A stretch of 64,000 nucleotides of DNA from a virus. Taxonomy: Duplodnaviria > Caudoviricetes. Location of the stretch: IMG/VR virus record IMGVR_UViG_3300049573_000247, positions 1 to 64,000 of that record; one strand, given 5' to 3'. The notes beneath the pieces were generated by a model, which had not been told where the DNA came from, did not search any database, and was given only the letters and a program-made list of their open reading frames with translations. The position numbers and the translations under genes were made by a program. Below are positions 28,285-38,321 of the stretch, piece by piece. The first letter of the stretch is position 1. Each line of letters opens with the position of its first letter.

Positions 28285-28785
28285 TCAGGAGAATTCCGCG
28301 TCGATGGTGTCCACGACGCTTCGGAGCGTCTCCTTGAGGTTCCCGATCTGGTCCTGCTTCTCGTCGGGGCCGTCGACGTAGCCCATCTCGGTGTCGAAGA
28401 TGCCCATCTTGATGCGGTTGTAGAGCACCGCAGCAGCGATCAGCCCTTTCAGAGTGTCGTCTTCCGCCAGCTCAGCTGTCAGCCTGAGCTTGATCTCCCT
28501 CCACCACGAGGGGCTCATCTGGACAGGCGCCCCGTCGTTGACAGCCCCTTCGAACATGGCCCACTGCACGCTGCTGGCGTACTGCGGGGCGGCAACCGCG
28601 ATGTCGGACACGTTGAGTTCGTTGTCCAGGACCACCTCGGACATGAGGAAGTCAACCTCGCAGTCCACCTGTCCGGCGAGCTGCACGGTGTCCAGTTCCT
28701 TGCCAGGGTCGAGTCCGATCGCGTCGGCGATCTTACGCAAGGTGGTTTCGGCCGGTTCCGAAGCTACGTCGGCGTCGATGTTCAC
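28285..28785 (-). CDS. acidic hypothetical protein
   Basis: 166-aa D/E-rich ORF. Confidence 0.6.
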   Translation of the reverse strand: MNIDADVASEPAETTLRKIADAIGLDPGKELDTVQLAGQVDCEVDFLMSEVVLDNELNVSDIAVAAPQYASSVQWAMFEGAVNDGAPVQMSPSWWREIKLRLTAELAEDDTLKGLIAAAVLYNRIKMGIFDTEMGYVDGPDEKQDQIGNLKETLRSVVDTIDAEFS

Positions 28786-28847
28786 GAATGCTCACTTTCT
28801 GTAAGACATGAGCCTGGGAGGCTCAACTTGAGGCGATGTGAGGACCA

Positions 28848-29195
28848 CTAACGAGAATAATTCTTCGCAGGGTTGGGGCGGTAGTGCGTGCCGAGCATGT
28901 CAAAGTGCGCCGCCTGGTGGGCGTCGATGATGCGCCGCGCCTGCTCGGCGGCCTTGGGGGTTAGCTTCCAGGTCATCTGGTTGCGCAGATGACCGCCGCT
29001 GTAGCCGGTGCACACGAGCCAGGCATGGCAGCGCAGCCGGTCGATGGCGGCGCGGGCCACGGAGGTCTGCATGTGGGCGCGGTCGGCCAGGTCGGCAACT
29101 GTGGTCTCGTCGTCGGGGCGCTGCGCCAGGTGCCACAGCACCAGCAGCATGCGCGATGTCAGCCGGAATGGTGGCGGCGCGTAAGGTTCGGTCAA
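28848..29195 (-). CDS. winged-helix DNA-binding protein
   Basis: TVADLADRAHMQTSVARAAIDRLRCHAWL...WKLT. Confidence 0.7.
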   Translation of the reverse strand: MTEPYAPPPFRLTSRMLLVLWHLAQRPDDETTVADLADRAHMQTSVARAAIDRLRCHAWLVCTGYSGGHLRNQMTWKLTPKAAEQARRIIDAHQAAHFDMLGTHYRPNPAKNYSR

Positions 29196-29563
29196 TGGGC
29201 ACTCACTTTCTGCATAGGTGAGCCTGGTGGGATCAACTTTGTTGGGCTACAACGTAACTTATGAGAAGTGTGCTTCCCGCAACCTAAGTTTCCCGTGAGC
29301 CTATGGAGACGTAGCAGCATGGCGCGTCGCCTCTTGAGTTCGTGGAGTTCGGTTTGATCCTGGTCAGCACAGTGCAGCAGTCCACCGATCGCCATGAGTT
29401 GGAGCAGTGCCCACACACCAGGATTAGCAGCATCGATCCCAGGCGTGTGCATCGCTCCCCACACCGTGTAGAAGAAGAGTGGCGCGAGCACCGCAGCCCC
29501 GATGCGATCGCGAACTATTGACCGACGTAGATATTGGATTTCGGCATCCAGGTCTTCAGACAT
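29192..29563 (-). CDS. membrane protein
   Basis: Two hydrophobic segments; coupled to both neighbours. Confidence 0.5.
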   Translation of the reverse strand: MSEDLDAEIQYLRRSIVRDRIGAAVLAPLFFYTVWGAMHTPGIDAANPGVWALLQLMAIGGLLHCADQDQTELHELKRRRAMLLRLHRLTGNLGCGKHTSHKLRCSPTKLIPPGSPMQKVSAH

Positions 29564-30278
29564 TCTCGCCGCCCACTCGATCCGTGGGTTGCCTTCGTCG
29601 GTTCGTGCAGTTCCAGCAGTTCACCTCATACTCAGCTTCGGCTTCGTCGGTGGCCTGCTCGATGCTTTCGTCGGCCAGATCCATGCCGTCGGAGGCTGTG
29701 TAAGAACTACGGCGCGCATCCCCTTGGCTCTCCTGGCGTGCGATACGGGCGATGTTGGTTTGCGGCGGCGGTGGATCTACGGCGATCCGGTATTTGAACC
29801 AGTCGGTGTCGGCTTCGTAACGGAGCATCTGGAGTGCCTGCTTCTCAGCTCTCGTGACGTCGATGCGGCCGTCCTGGACGTAAGCGACAAGCTCCCCGAC
29901 GACGATGCCGCCCTCGCCGCAACGGTGGGTTTCCCGCATGTGTTCGGCTGCACCGTCCGGCAGGCGGTCTTCGAGCCAGTCGATGACATGGTCGATCAGG
30001 AATCCGAAGTCTTCCAAGACGGGCCAGTCGGGAAGCGTCTGCGCATCGCGTAGCGGCGCAGGGTCAATGCCGTAGGCAACAGCGGCGCGAAGCAGCACGT
30101 GCTCGTGCCAGCGGTGCACCACGACGGTGCGTTCGGCCGCCATCCGCATCAGCGCTGCAGTGGCCTCCCCGTACTGGTCTTGCTTGCAGAGCCGATACAC
30201 CGGCTCCATGGCGGCCTCGCCGCTCCAGCGCACCAACCCCAGCATCGCCCGGCGAATATCGCGTTCGAGTTCCTTCAC
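29556..30278 (-). CDS. hypothetical helical protein
   Basis: GTGA-coupled ORF. Confidence 0.55.
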   Translation of the reverse strand: MKELERDIRRAMLGLVRWSGEAAMEPVYRLCKQDQYGEATAALMRMAAERTVVVHRWHEHVLLRAAVAYGIDPAPLRDAQTLPDWPVLEDFGFLIDHVIDWLEDRLPDGAAEHMRETHRCGEGGIVVGELVAYVQDGRIDVTRAEKQALQMLRYEADTDWFKYRIAVDPPPPQTNIARIARQESQGDARRSSYTASDGMDLADESIEQATDEAEAEYEVNCWNCTNRRRQPTDRVGGENV

Positions 30279-30615
30279 GCGTCTCCTTCCGTTCCCTCGG
30301 CTGCGATCGCTGCTTCGGGGGCGAACTGCGCTAGGGCACGTCGGACCGGGCGTCCGTGAAGGGCGACGTCGTCGAAACTGTCGAGCCGCAGGTGCTGCAG
30401 CAGGCGCTGCATGTTCTCCTTGAGCTTCGCCTCGTCGACCTCGGGGAGGGCGAGCTTGGCGACGATCTCGGCGTCGCTCTTGCCCGCCAAGGTCATTGCC
30501 AGCGCTATCTTGTAGTCGCGGTGCAACTTCCGGATTTTCGCGCCGAGGTCGTTGTGGGTGCGCATGTCGCCCCCCTTGGGGCCTCGGTTCTGAGAGATGG
30601 TTGAAGCTTTTGCTT

Positions 30616-31233
30616 TCATGATCCTTCTTTCGGTCGCGGTCGGAGCTGTTCAGTCGGATATCCCGCTTCGGCCTCTTGTGCGAGCTTCGCAACGAGATCG
30701 TCGGTCAGCTCGACACCGCCGAAGGTGCCGTTGGTTGGAGCGTTCTCTGAGTGCGCCCCGGACGCGCAGCTGCGACACTGCCACTCCTGCATAAGAATCG
30801 CCTCCCCACGTTTCTCGTCGTAGTGAGTGTCGACGACAATTCGCCATCCGGTAATTACCGCTGACACTTTCGGCACCGTGTCATCACAAGCGCCACATCT
30901 AATTTCATTGCCCGGTTCTGTCCAGCCCCGGATGTTTCGATTCGGATCGATCTGATCCAGCCAGTGATCGTGTCGGATGACCTCGCCGCGAATGAACTCC
31001 ACTGGGAACCCGAGCACATCAGTGCTGGCTTCGGCGGCACGGCGGCAAGCGGTAGCGAATAGAACGTCGCTGGAAGAGTGGTCGGCGTCGGCCATGAATT
31101 CCAGTAGGTTGTCTGCCAGATGCGAGACCATGGTGAATTCAGGTCGCGCGTCGTGGATGCTGGTAACGGTGTCGTCGGTGATGACGGCGCCGCGAGGTGC
31201 TTGCAAAATGATGGTGACATGCCAAGTGCCCAT
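30616..31233 (-). CDS. hypothetical protein with Zn ribbon
   Basis: CGAC...CRSC; AAGGA RBS. Confidence 0.55.
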   Translation of the reverse strand: MGTWHVTIILQAPRGAVITDDTVTSIHDARPEFTMVSHLADNLLEFMADADHSSSDVLFATACRRAAEASTDVLGFPVEFIRGEVIRHDHWLDQIDPNRNIRGWTEPGNEIRCGACDDTVPKVSAVITGWRIVVDTHYDEKRGEAILMQEWQCRSCASGAHSENAPTNGTFGGVELTDDLVAKLAQEAEAGYPTEQLRPRPKEGS

Positions 31234-31252
31234 TGCTTCCTTTCGTTGTTTT

Positions 31253-31672
31253 TCACGCGGGCGGCCGCCCTTTGTACAGTTGGGCCTCAGTGGTTCCACT
31301 GGATCGTATGATGGATGCCGCTCCCAGCTCCATCACGATGTTGGAATGAAGGTGAGAAACTTGGTGCTCGGGAACGATTCCGGAGTTCACGAATTCGAGC
31401 TGCTCTGCGACGTCCCTTACCGTGATCTTGAGATCGTCCCGGTTCCCTCCGTCGATGGCCCAGTACAGGTCGGAGGCGACGTAGGCCGCTTGCTCCGCAG
31501 CACCTTCTCTGGTTTCGTTTTGCATGAATCCTTGAACGATCAGTGTGGCTTGGTTCAGCACTAGCAGGGACCGGTCGTTGTGTTTTCCGATCCAGTCCAT
31601 CGCCGCTTCCTGAATGGCGTCGTTGCCGCTGTAGTCGGCAGGGAACCATGTCTCGTAAAAGAAAAACTCCAT
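31253..31672 (-). CDS. hypothetical protein
   Basis: 139-aa ORF. Confidence 0.55.
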   Translation of the reverse strand: MEFFFYETWFPADYSGNDAIQEAAMDWIGKHNDRSLLVLNQATLIVQGFMQNETREGAAEQAAYVASDLYWAIDGGNRDDLKITVRDVAEQLEFVNSGIVPEHQVSHLHSNIVMELGAASIIRSSGTTEAQLYKGRPPA

Positions 31673-31689
31673 CAGCGCTGTTCCTGCTT

Positions 31690-32112
31690 CTACTTGTACG
31701 AGGGAATCTCGAAGACGAAGTACGCCTTCTCAGGGTCGGCAAAGTGGGTGAGGAAGGCTTCGTGGGTGTGGTCTGTTGCGTACTTCGCGACCTCGTCCCA
31801 GTTCATGCAGCCGACGAAGTCATCTACCGGCAATGGCCAGGTGAGCTGGTGTTTCACAGCGTACGTGTTCGATGCTTCCTGCATCTTGGGGGCGAAGGCG
31901 TGGGCGAGATATTCGGACAGATCCTCCCAGGTGCCTCGGTAGTACTCCATGGTGCGCTTGTAGGCTTCGGCGACGGAGTAGTCCCTGTGGTTGGCGATGA
32001 AGCCGAAGACTGCCGGAACGGCGTCTTTGCCGTACTTCTCTACGAGTTTCGCCACGGCGTCGGCTCCGACTTCAGCGGTCAGGGTGTGCTCGCCTCGCGT
32101 AGGTCCGTTCAT
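31690..32112 (-). CDS. ArdA-like antirestriction protein (partial similarity)
   Basis: YYRGTWEDLSEYL...MNWDEVAK...YFVFE resembles the ArdA C-terminal half. Confidence 0.45.
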   Translation of the reverse strand: MNGPTRGEHTLTAEVGADAVAKLVEKYGKDAVPAVFGFIANHRDYSVAEAYKRTMEYYRGTWEDLSEYLAHAFAPKMQEASNTYAVKHQLTWPLPVDDFVGCMNWDEVAKYATDHTHEAFLTHFADPEKAYFVFEIPSYK

Positions 32113-32302
32113 GTGCTTTCCTCTTCTTCGTGGATGTTGAGCTGTTCGGTTTCTTTCTGCTTGCATGGAGCGCACACATTCCAGCGGAGCCCGTCGGTCG
32201 GGTCAATAGCCAGGTCTTCTTCGCGGGTCTTCTTGGTGCAGTGCTCGCAGAGGACCCACAGCTGGCCGTCGTCGTCGAACCAAGACTTGAGGCGCGAGTC
32301 CA

Positions 32303-32797
32303 CTACCAGCCCTCCGGGACCTGGAGTTTAGCGATGTTCGTGCGGTACCAGGGGCAGCCGTCCCAGCCGCAGAGGATCTGCGGCCGGTGCTCGGGACACC
32401 CCTCGCGCTGGCGTTGCAGCGCCGCCAGCAGGCTCGGGTGCGCGGGTGTTGCCAGTCCGACGCTGCCGGTCTCCCCTTGGCCATTCCACGTGGAGCGGAC
32501 CTCGTGACCCCACTGCTCGATCTGGGCCTGGAGCCTGGCGAGCTCGCCGGGCTCCAGGGGGTTGACGAGCGTCTGGTTGCCAAGCGGCCCCGTGTAGCGG
32601 GGGTGGAAGACATCGACCACGACGACCGGCGAGCGGTGGAACCCCGAGGGGATGAACCGGTACCGACGCTCGTCCACCACGGGAGCGCTGACCCCGTGGT
32701 GGTCTACGATGGATTCGTTGTCGGTCTGCTCGGTGCTGTACAGCCAGTCAAGACCGGCACGGAGCACATCCAATGCGGTTGCAGTCATTTCGATCAT
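32303..32797 (-). CDS. hypothetical protein
   Basis: GGAGG RBS, GC3 bias. Confidence 0.55.
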   Translation of the reverse strand: MIEMTATALDVLRAGLDWLYSTEQTDNESIVDHHGVSAPVVDERRYRFIPSGFHRSPVVVVDVFHPRYTGPLGNQTLVNPLEPGELARLQAQIEQWGHEVRSTWNGQGETGSVGLATPAHPSLLAALQRQREGCPEHRPQILCGWDGCPWYRTNIAKLQVPEGW

Positions 32798-32847
32798 GCT
32801 GTGCTTTCCTCCTCGTTGTTCGCGGTTGCCTGCCGGTAGCTCGTGTC

Positions 32848-33276
32848 TCAGTCGCGGGCGAGGATCGGGGCGTAGGAAATGCCAAGGCTCCCACCGGCTC
32901 GGATTGCTTCGGCGTAGGTCATGCCCCACAATTCGATGTCGCCGTATCCTGCATCCGAGGCGGCATCCCAGGCCTCCTCTTCAATCACGCCGCAGTCGAC
33001 CATGTCGGCAACGAACCGCTCGATGGAGACGCCATCCACGCAGGCCGCGACGCGCTCCCGGATTTCTTCTTCAGTGGCGAGTCGATGGCGTTTCCCCGGT
33101 TTTTCCTGCACCGTCATGAGCTGGTTTATGGTGATGAACTGGAGTGCGGCCCCGTGGAGTTCCCTGATGGCGCTGCTGCGGGCCGACCGCGTGAGGTCGG
33201 CGTCGCCTTTGACGGCTTGCAGGCGGTCGCGAAGGTATTCGAGGTATTGGCCGTAAGGTGATTTCAGGGTTGGCAT
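32848..33276 (-). CDS. hypothetical protein
   Basis: 142-aa ORF. Confidence 0.55.
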   Translation of the reverse strand: MPTLKSPYGQYLEYLRDRLQAVKGDADLTRSARSSAIRELHGAALQFITINQLMTVQEKPGKRHRLATEEEIRERVAACVDGVSIERFVADMVDCGVIEEEAWDAASDAGYGDIELWGMTYAEAIRAGGSLGISYAPILARD

Positions 33277-33397
33277 TCGGGAGTTCCGTTCGATATGGCT
33301 TGCGGGTTCCACCAGGGGTCAGACGGCAGCAGCGCTCGCAAGACGGTAGTGAGGTCCACTCTATTATGGGTTCGTATCCGTGACTGAAGGAGTCGCC

Positions 33398-33670
33398 ATG
33401 CCAATCCCATCCTCCCCCGAGGAGCACCCGAAGCCCTGGTACCGGCGCCCGTGGGTCATTGCGCTCGCCGCCGTTGTCGCCGCCGTCGCCATCGCGTGCG
33501 CCATGGGCGACGACGATGATGATGATGACGATGACGATGACGATGACGGGATCTCGGAGCGGTTCGAGGATGACGAGGCCGATGACGACGAGGGGTTGGG
33601 CAACGACGGCGCCCTGTTCGCGGTCGTTACGATCGTCGACAGCGGGTCTTGGAAGATCACCGCCCCGTAG
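33398..33670 (+). CDS. small membrane protein with poly-Asp tract
   Basis: AAGGAG RBS; KPWYRRPW, TM helix, then 13 consecutive Asp in mixed GAC/GAT codons. Confidence 0.65.
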   Translation: MPIPSSPEEHPKPWYRRPWVIALAAVVAAVAIACAMGDDDDDDDDDDDDDGISERFEDDEADDDEGLGNDGALFAVVTIVDSGSWKITAP

Positions 33671-33724
33671 GGGTGAAGGCTCGTGGTTGCCGGGGGTGGG
33701 CGCATGCCCCCGGCAGCACCTTGT

Positions 33725-34144
33725 TCAGTGGTCGTCGGCGCCAGAATCGGTAAGACGATCCGCCAGCTCATCACGCTCAGCCATTGCCGCTTTTGCGATG
33801 TCGGCCAGGGCGAATGCTGCCGTGAGAGCGTTGTCGTGATGGTTCTCCAGCTCATCGGCCGCCTCGTCGCGCCAGGCGCGGTACTGCTCGCGCTCGGCCG
33901 CGCACCGCTCAGCGAACTTCCGGGTGGCCACCAGCTGTTCTTCGAGCCGGTCGACATGGGCGATGAGTGCACGCCGGTCGGCGTCGGCCATGAGGTGGTC
34001 GTATCCGAGGGCGGTCCGTGAAGGGATGGGCCGGATCGCGTTGGCATCGCGCATGCGGATGGCGTCCATCTGAGTGCGGGTGAGATCGTCGGCGCCAGGG
34101 GCCCAGATCAGGTCCCGGTTGATCAGGTGCTCTTCTTCGTCCAT
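33725..34144 (-). CDS. coiled-coil hypothetical protein
   Basis: DRRALIAHVDRLEEQL heptads. Confidence 0.55.
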   Translation of the reverse strand: MDEEEHLINRDLIWAPGADDLTRTQMDAIRMRDANAIRPIPSRTALGYDHLMADADRRALIAHVDRLEEQLVATRKFAERCAAEREQYRAWRDEAADELENHHDNALTAAFALADIAKAAMAERDELADRLTDSGADDH

Positions 34145-34164
34145 GGATTCGCGCCCTTCTCGTC

Positions 34165-34731
34165 CTATTCGGTGCTCTCGCGCCAGGGGGCGGTATGGCT
34201 GACACCGAAGTTTGGGAGGTCGCCCCGTTTGAGGGTATGCTCCCAAACCTCGACGAACTCGCTGTAGGCCACATCGAATGCCTCGTACCGGTGCTCGGTG
34301 GTGATCTTCATGGCCAGGTACAGCCACCCCTGAGGCGGCTGCTTGCAGCGGATGAGGTTCGGCATCGCCTGCCGCAGCGTCTGCTCCTCGTCTGCCGTGA
34401 GAGGGGCCGTGGGGACCTCGATCTCGACGTACCACTGCTGCAGCGGGTAGCGCTGGCGGAAGCGGTCGACGCGCGCTTGGACGTAGTCGCGCTGCTCGCA
34501 GGCGACGGTGAACGTCCGTTCCGCACCCAGCCGTTCGGGGTCGTAGGGTCGGTCAGCCTCCATGAATCCTTCTTGTTCCATCCGTTCGAGCGACGCCTGC
34601 ACGTTGGCGCGCAGCAGATGCAGCGCCCGCGCGATCGACATCGGTGTGCGCGGGACGTCGCTGGCCAGCAGGAACTCCGCGATCAAGACGCGCTCGCGGC
34701 TCCAGATGAACGAGGGTCGTCGTAGTGCCAT
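34165..34731 (-). CDS. winged-helix regulator with extra C-terminal domain
   Basis: TPMSIARALHLLRANVQASLERMEQEGFM. Confidence 0.6.
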   Translation of the reverse strand: MALRRPSFIWSRERVLIAEFLLASDVPRTPMSIARALHLLRANVQASLERMEQEGFMEADRPYDPERLGAERTFTVACEQRDYVQARVDRFRQRYPLQQWYVEIEVPTAPLTADEEQTLRQAMPNLIRCKQPPQGWLYLAMKITTEHRYEAFDVAYSEFVEVWEHTLKRGDLPNFGVSHTAPWRESTE

Positions 34732-35186
34732 CAGGGTGCCTTCGGGTGGGTGGGGTCGAGCAGGTCCAGCAGGGCGGTGACGCGGCCCCTGGCCGCCCAG
34801 ATGCGCTCGTCGCACCGGTCGGGAGGGCCGTTGGTGTCGGCTGCGGCGAGGAACTCGCGCTGCTGCAATCCGTCGGGCCCTCTCTCGTACATCAGGCCCT
34901 CGGTGTCGCGAGCGCAGCTCTTGAGATCGGCACGGATGGCCTTGAGTTCGGCGATCACGTACGCGGTGGACGGGGTGGTGTCGGGGGCATCAGCCGGTGT
35001 TTCGGGTTCGGGGTGCTCGACGCTGGTGATGTGTCCGCATCCTCGGCATTGGAATCCGATGTAGGTCGGATCGTCGCCCCGGTCGTAGCCGGGGTTCCAG
35101 TCGTCCTGGCCGCATTGGTCGCATTCGCCGGGTGCGAGGGCGCCTTCGCGGTGCAGGTTGAGGAGGTGCTGGTTAGCTCTGGTCAT
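34731..35186 (-). CDS. Zn-ribbon hypothetical protein
   Basis: CDQC...CRGC. Confidence 0.55.
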   Translation of the reverse strand: MTRANQHLLNLHREGALAPGECDQCGQDDWNPGYDRGDDPTYIGFQCRGCGHITSVEHPEPETPADAPDTTPSTAYVIAELKAIRADLKSCARDTEGLMYERGPDGLQQREFLAAADTNGPPDRCDERIWAARGRVTALLDLLDPTHPKAP

Positions 35187-35471
35187 GTGATCGTTCCTGT
35201 TCGGGGCAGAGACCGAGACCTTCCCGGTGGGCCATTTCGGGAACCAGCTGAGTCAGTTGCTGGAGGGCGCGGCCGATGATGCGGTAGTCGCTCTCGGCGG
35301 TGAGCAGGTCCACGAGCGGCCGGTACAGATCGTAGGGGTGCAGGACGGGCGCCTCGGGGTGCTCGCTTCGGTCCTGCAGGGGCCACAGCAGATGGTGGGT
35401 CTGCATCAAGGTCAACGGCGTCGAGTACGCCAGATCCTTGCCCAGGTCGTCCCACCCGTATTCGTTGCGGT

Positions 35472-36251
35472 TCACGACACCTGCGACTCTCGGGCAGCGG
35501 TCGTGTCCAGCGCTCCGAGCAGCTGCTTGACGGCTGCCTCGATGTCGCGGATCTGCCGGTGCAGCAGCTCGTGGTCGGCGTCGCCGATGGTGCCTTCGCG
35601 GATGATGCCCTCCAGCGCCCACTGCACCGGCTGAGCCAGGTCCCGCAGCCGATCCAGCTTGTCGACCGTCTCCCCTTCCTCAGCCTCCCAGATCTGCGCA
35701 AAGCCCTCGGCGACGCGCCCGTCGAAGTGCTCGTTGAGCATGTACGCCGAACCCGTCAGGTCCCCGGTGATCGTCGCCAGTGCGAATCCCTGCTCTTCGG
35801 CCGCCCAGGGGTTGATGAGGTCGGCGCCGATGACGTGGGTGAGGTTGGTGTCGTCCAGGAGGGCGCTGAAGATGCTGAGGCGGGTGGCTTCCTCCCGCAG
35901 CCATGCGTCTTCGCGTTGGCGCTTTTCGGTGATGAGGGTGTAGGTGATGCCGGGTCCGCAGTGGGCTTCGAGGTCTTCGAGGAAGCCTTCTTCGGGCGGC
36001 GGGCAGCCGATGACGTTGATGACGACGTGTGCGCCCGGCTGCGGTGAGAGCACGCTGGCGAGGCCGTAGCCGCCCTCGCAAGTGGGTGTGAGGTCTTGCT
36101 TGTGGACGTGGTGGATGACCTGCTGGCCCGTGTCGGGCGAGTGGAAGCGGGTGGTGGTGCCGTACCGGGATTGGTAGGCGGGTTCGGGGTGGAGCTCGAA
36201 GAAGTCGGGGCGGATGTCGGGCATGGAAGCGGCGTCGGGGGTGATCGGCAT
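35472..36251 (-). CDS. hypothetical protein
   Basis: 259-aa ORF, strong GC3 bias. Confidence 0.65.
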   Translation of the reverse strand: MPITPDAASMPDIRPDFFELHPEPAYQSRYGTTTRFHSPDTGQQVIHHVHKQDLTPTCEGGYGLASVLSPQPGAHVVINVIGCPPPEEGFLEDLEAHCGPGITYTLITEKRQREDAWLREEATRLSIFSALLDDTNLTHVIGADLINPWAAEEQGFALATITGDLTGSAYMLNEHFDGRVAEGFAQIWEAEEGETVDKLDRLRDLAQPVQWALEGIIREGTIGDADHELLHRQIRDIEAAVKQLLGALDTTAARESQVS

Positions 36252-36317
36252 GATAGCTCTCTCTCAGTGGTGGATGGAGGTGTCGGTCGGGGGGATGGTG
36301 GAGTTAGGTCGTGACGG

Positions 36318-36587
36318 TCACCGGGGCCCTTCCTGCGGCGCCCGGTAGCGGACGCGGGCCGGATAGCCGTTGCCCCCGGAGACGAGCCAGCCTTCGGCGA
36401 TGAGCGCTTTGATGACACGCCCGACGGTGGCGGTACTGACTCCCAGTTGAGCGCCCAGGGTGCTGGCGGCCGGAATCGCCTCACCAGGGGCGTACATGCC
36501 CTCGCCTTCCTGCAGGCGCTCCAGGAGGGTGTCGTATGCCTTCTGGAACTGCGCAGCGGTGCGAACAGGCTTCAAGTGGCGCGGCAT
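36318..36587 (-). CDS. GntR-family HTH regulator
   Basis: YAPGEAIPAASTLGAQLGVSTATVGRVIKALIAEGWLVS. Confidence 0.85.
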   Translation of the reverse strand: MPRHLKPVRTAAQFQKAYDTLLERLQEGEGMYAPGEAIPAASTLGAQLGVSTATVGRVIKALIAEGWLVSGGNGYPARVRYRAPQEGPR

Positions 36588-36605
36588 GATAGGTCTCCTC
36601 ACATT

Positions 36606-37064
36606 CTATCCTCGGACGGTGCAGCGGCATTGGCCCTCGCACCCGCAATCGGATGCGGGCAGCGACAGGTCATACCGCAGAAAATCCATGTAGTGCGCAG
36701 GAAGGGCACCCCAGCCGGTGAGCGGCGCGATGCCTTCGTTCACCCTGGCAGAGGCCAGGATAGTCGGACTGGCCAGGTCAGCCATTATCGCCAGCAGCTC
36801 CCGCGCCTTCTTCCGCGCGGGAACCAGCCCGTGCACGGTGAACACGAGCCCGACAGTGCGGCCGTGCCAGATGAACCAGCGGCGGCGCAGCCGCACCGTG
36901 CACGGTCGGTGCCGGTCGTGGTCGACCGGGTCCTCGCCGCGTCGGATACGCCGGTGGTCGTCGAACAGCTCCTTCCATGGGCGCCTCCAGTAGGAGACCA
37001 CCACGACATAGTCGGGTATGTCGTCATGCCAGTAGGTGTCGGTGAACCGCCATGGGACGCTCAC
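36606..37064 (-). CDS. hypothetical protein
   Basis: 152-aa ORF. Confidence 0.45.
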   Translation of the reverse strand: MSVPWRFTDTYWHDDIPDYVVVVSYWRRPWKELFDDHRRIRRGEDPVDHDRHRPCTVRLRRRWFIWHGRTVGLVFTVHGLVPARKKARELLAIMADLASPTILASARVNEGIAPLTGWGALPAHYMDFLRYDLSLPASDCGCEGQCRCTVRG

Positions 37065-37128
37065 GTGCCAGGCTCCGTTTCGATGTTCGCAGGGCCGCCC
37101 AGCGCCGCGCTGGGCGGCCCGGTGGGGA

Positions 37129-38298
37129 CTACTCCCCCTTGACGTTGACGATCTGGCGCAGTTTGTGCACTACGCTCACGAGGTCGGCCGCGTCTTCCAT
37201 GATCTGGTCGATCGGCTTGTACGCGTCGGGGATCTCGTCCAGGAACGCCGCGCTGTCACGCCATTCGATGCCGATCATGCGCTCACGCAGCTGCTCGTGG
37301 GTGAACGCGGCTTTCGCCTTCGTCCGCGAGTAGTTGCGGCCCGCGCCGTGGGGGCTGGAGTTGAACGCGACCGCGTTCCCCTTGCCTTCCACGACGTAAG
37401 AGGCAGTGCCCATCGAGCCGGGGATGAGTCCCATGCGGCCCGCCTCGGCGTTGATGGCGCCCTTGCGGGTGACCCACAACTGCTTGCCCCAGTGCTGCTC
37501 CTTGGCGGTGTAGTTGTGGTGGCAGTTGATCTCCTGGTCCACCACGATCTCGGAGTCGCTCCACGCCTCGAACGCGGTGATCATGCGGCGCATCATCTCC
37601 ACGCGGTTCTGTTCGGCGAAATCCTGGGCCCACATCATTTCGCGGATGTAGTCCCAGAACTCGGGCGTCCCCTCGGCGAGGTAGGCGAGATCCTTGTCGG
37701 GCAGGTCGATCCACCACTGCTCGCACAGTCGCTGTGCGACCTTGATGTGGTGCTGGGCGATGCGGTTGCCGATGCCTCGGCTGCCCGAATGCAGGAACAA
37801 CCAGACAAACCCTTCCTCGTCTACGCAAAGCTCACAGAAGTGGTTGCCCGATCCTAGGGAACCGAGGTGCATCTGCCAGTTCCCCAGGTAGGAGGAGGGC
37901 GTGAAGCGGGCCGTGACGGCCTTGGCTTCGAGGTACTCGATCGCCTGCTCGGCCGTCTCGGTCAGGTGCGTGTTGATGCCGCCCTTCCCCAACGGGATGG
38001 CCTGCTCGATGGCCTGGCGCACCACCGACAGATCCAGGTGGGCGATCTGGTCGATGTGGTGGCGGGTGCGGACGGCGGCCATGCCGCAGCCGATGTCGAC
38101 GCCGACGGCGGCGGGGATGATCGCGCCGTCGGTGGGGATGACGCTCCCGACGGTGGCGCCCTTGCCGTGGTGGGCGTCGGGCATGACCGCCATGTGCGGC
38201 CACACGAACGGCATCGACGCCGTCCGCTCGACCTGCTCGCGGGCGCCCTCTTCAAGGATCGACGCCCAGCTCTTCGCCTTGTCAGTGAGTTCTTCCAT
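37129..38298 (-). CDS. rtcB: RtcB RNA ligase
   Basis: MPDAHHG, VGVDIGCG, LGSLGSGNHF, LHSGSRG, HHN, RKGA, IPGSMG, SPHGAGR, DEIPDAYK. Confidence 0.97.
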   Translation of the reverse strand: MEELTDKAKSWASILEEGAREQVERTASMPFVWPHMAVMPDAHHGKGATVGSVIPTDGAIIPAAVGVDIGCGMAAVRTRHHIDQIAHLDLSVVRQAIEQAIPLGKGGINTHLTETAEQAIEYLEAKAVTARFTPSSYLGNWQMHLGSLGSGNHFCELCVDEEGFVWLFLHSGSRGIGNRIAQHHIKVAQRLCEQWWIDLPDKDLAYLAEGTPEFWDYIREMMWAQDFAEQNRVEMMRRMITAFEAWSDSEIVVDQEINCHHNYTAKEQHWGKQLWVTRKGAINAEAGRMGLIPGSMGTASYVVEGKGNAVAFNSSPHGAGRNYSRTKAKAAFTHEQLRERMIGIEWRDSAAFLDEIPDAYKPIDQIMEDAADLVSVVHKLRQIVNVKGE

Positions 38299-38321
38299 TA
38301 GGTTCCTTTCGATCGTGCCGG

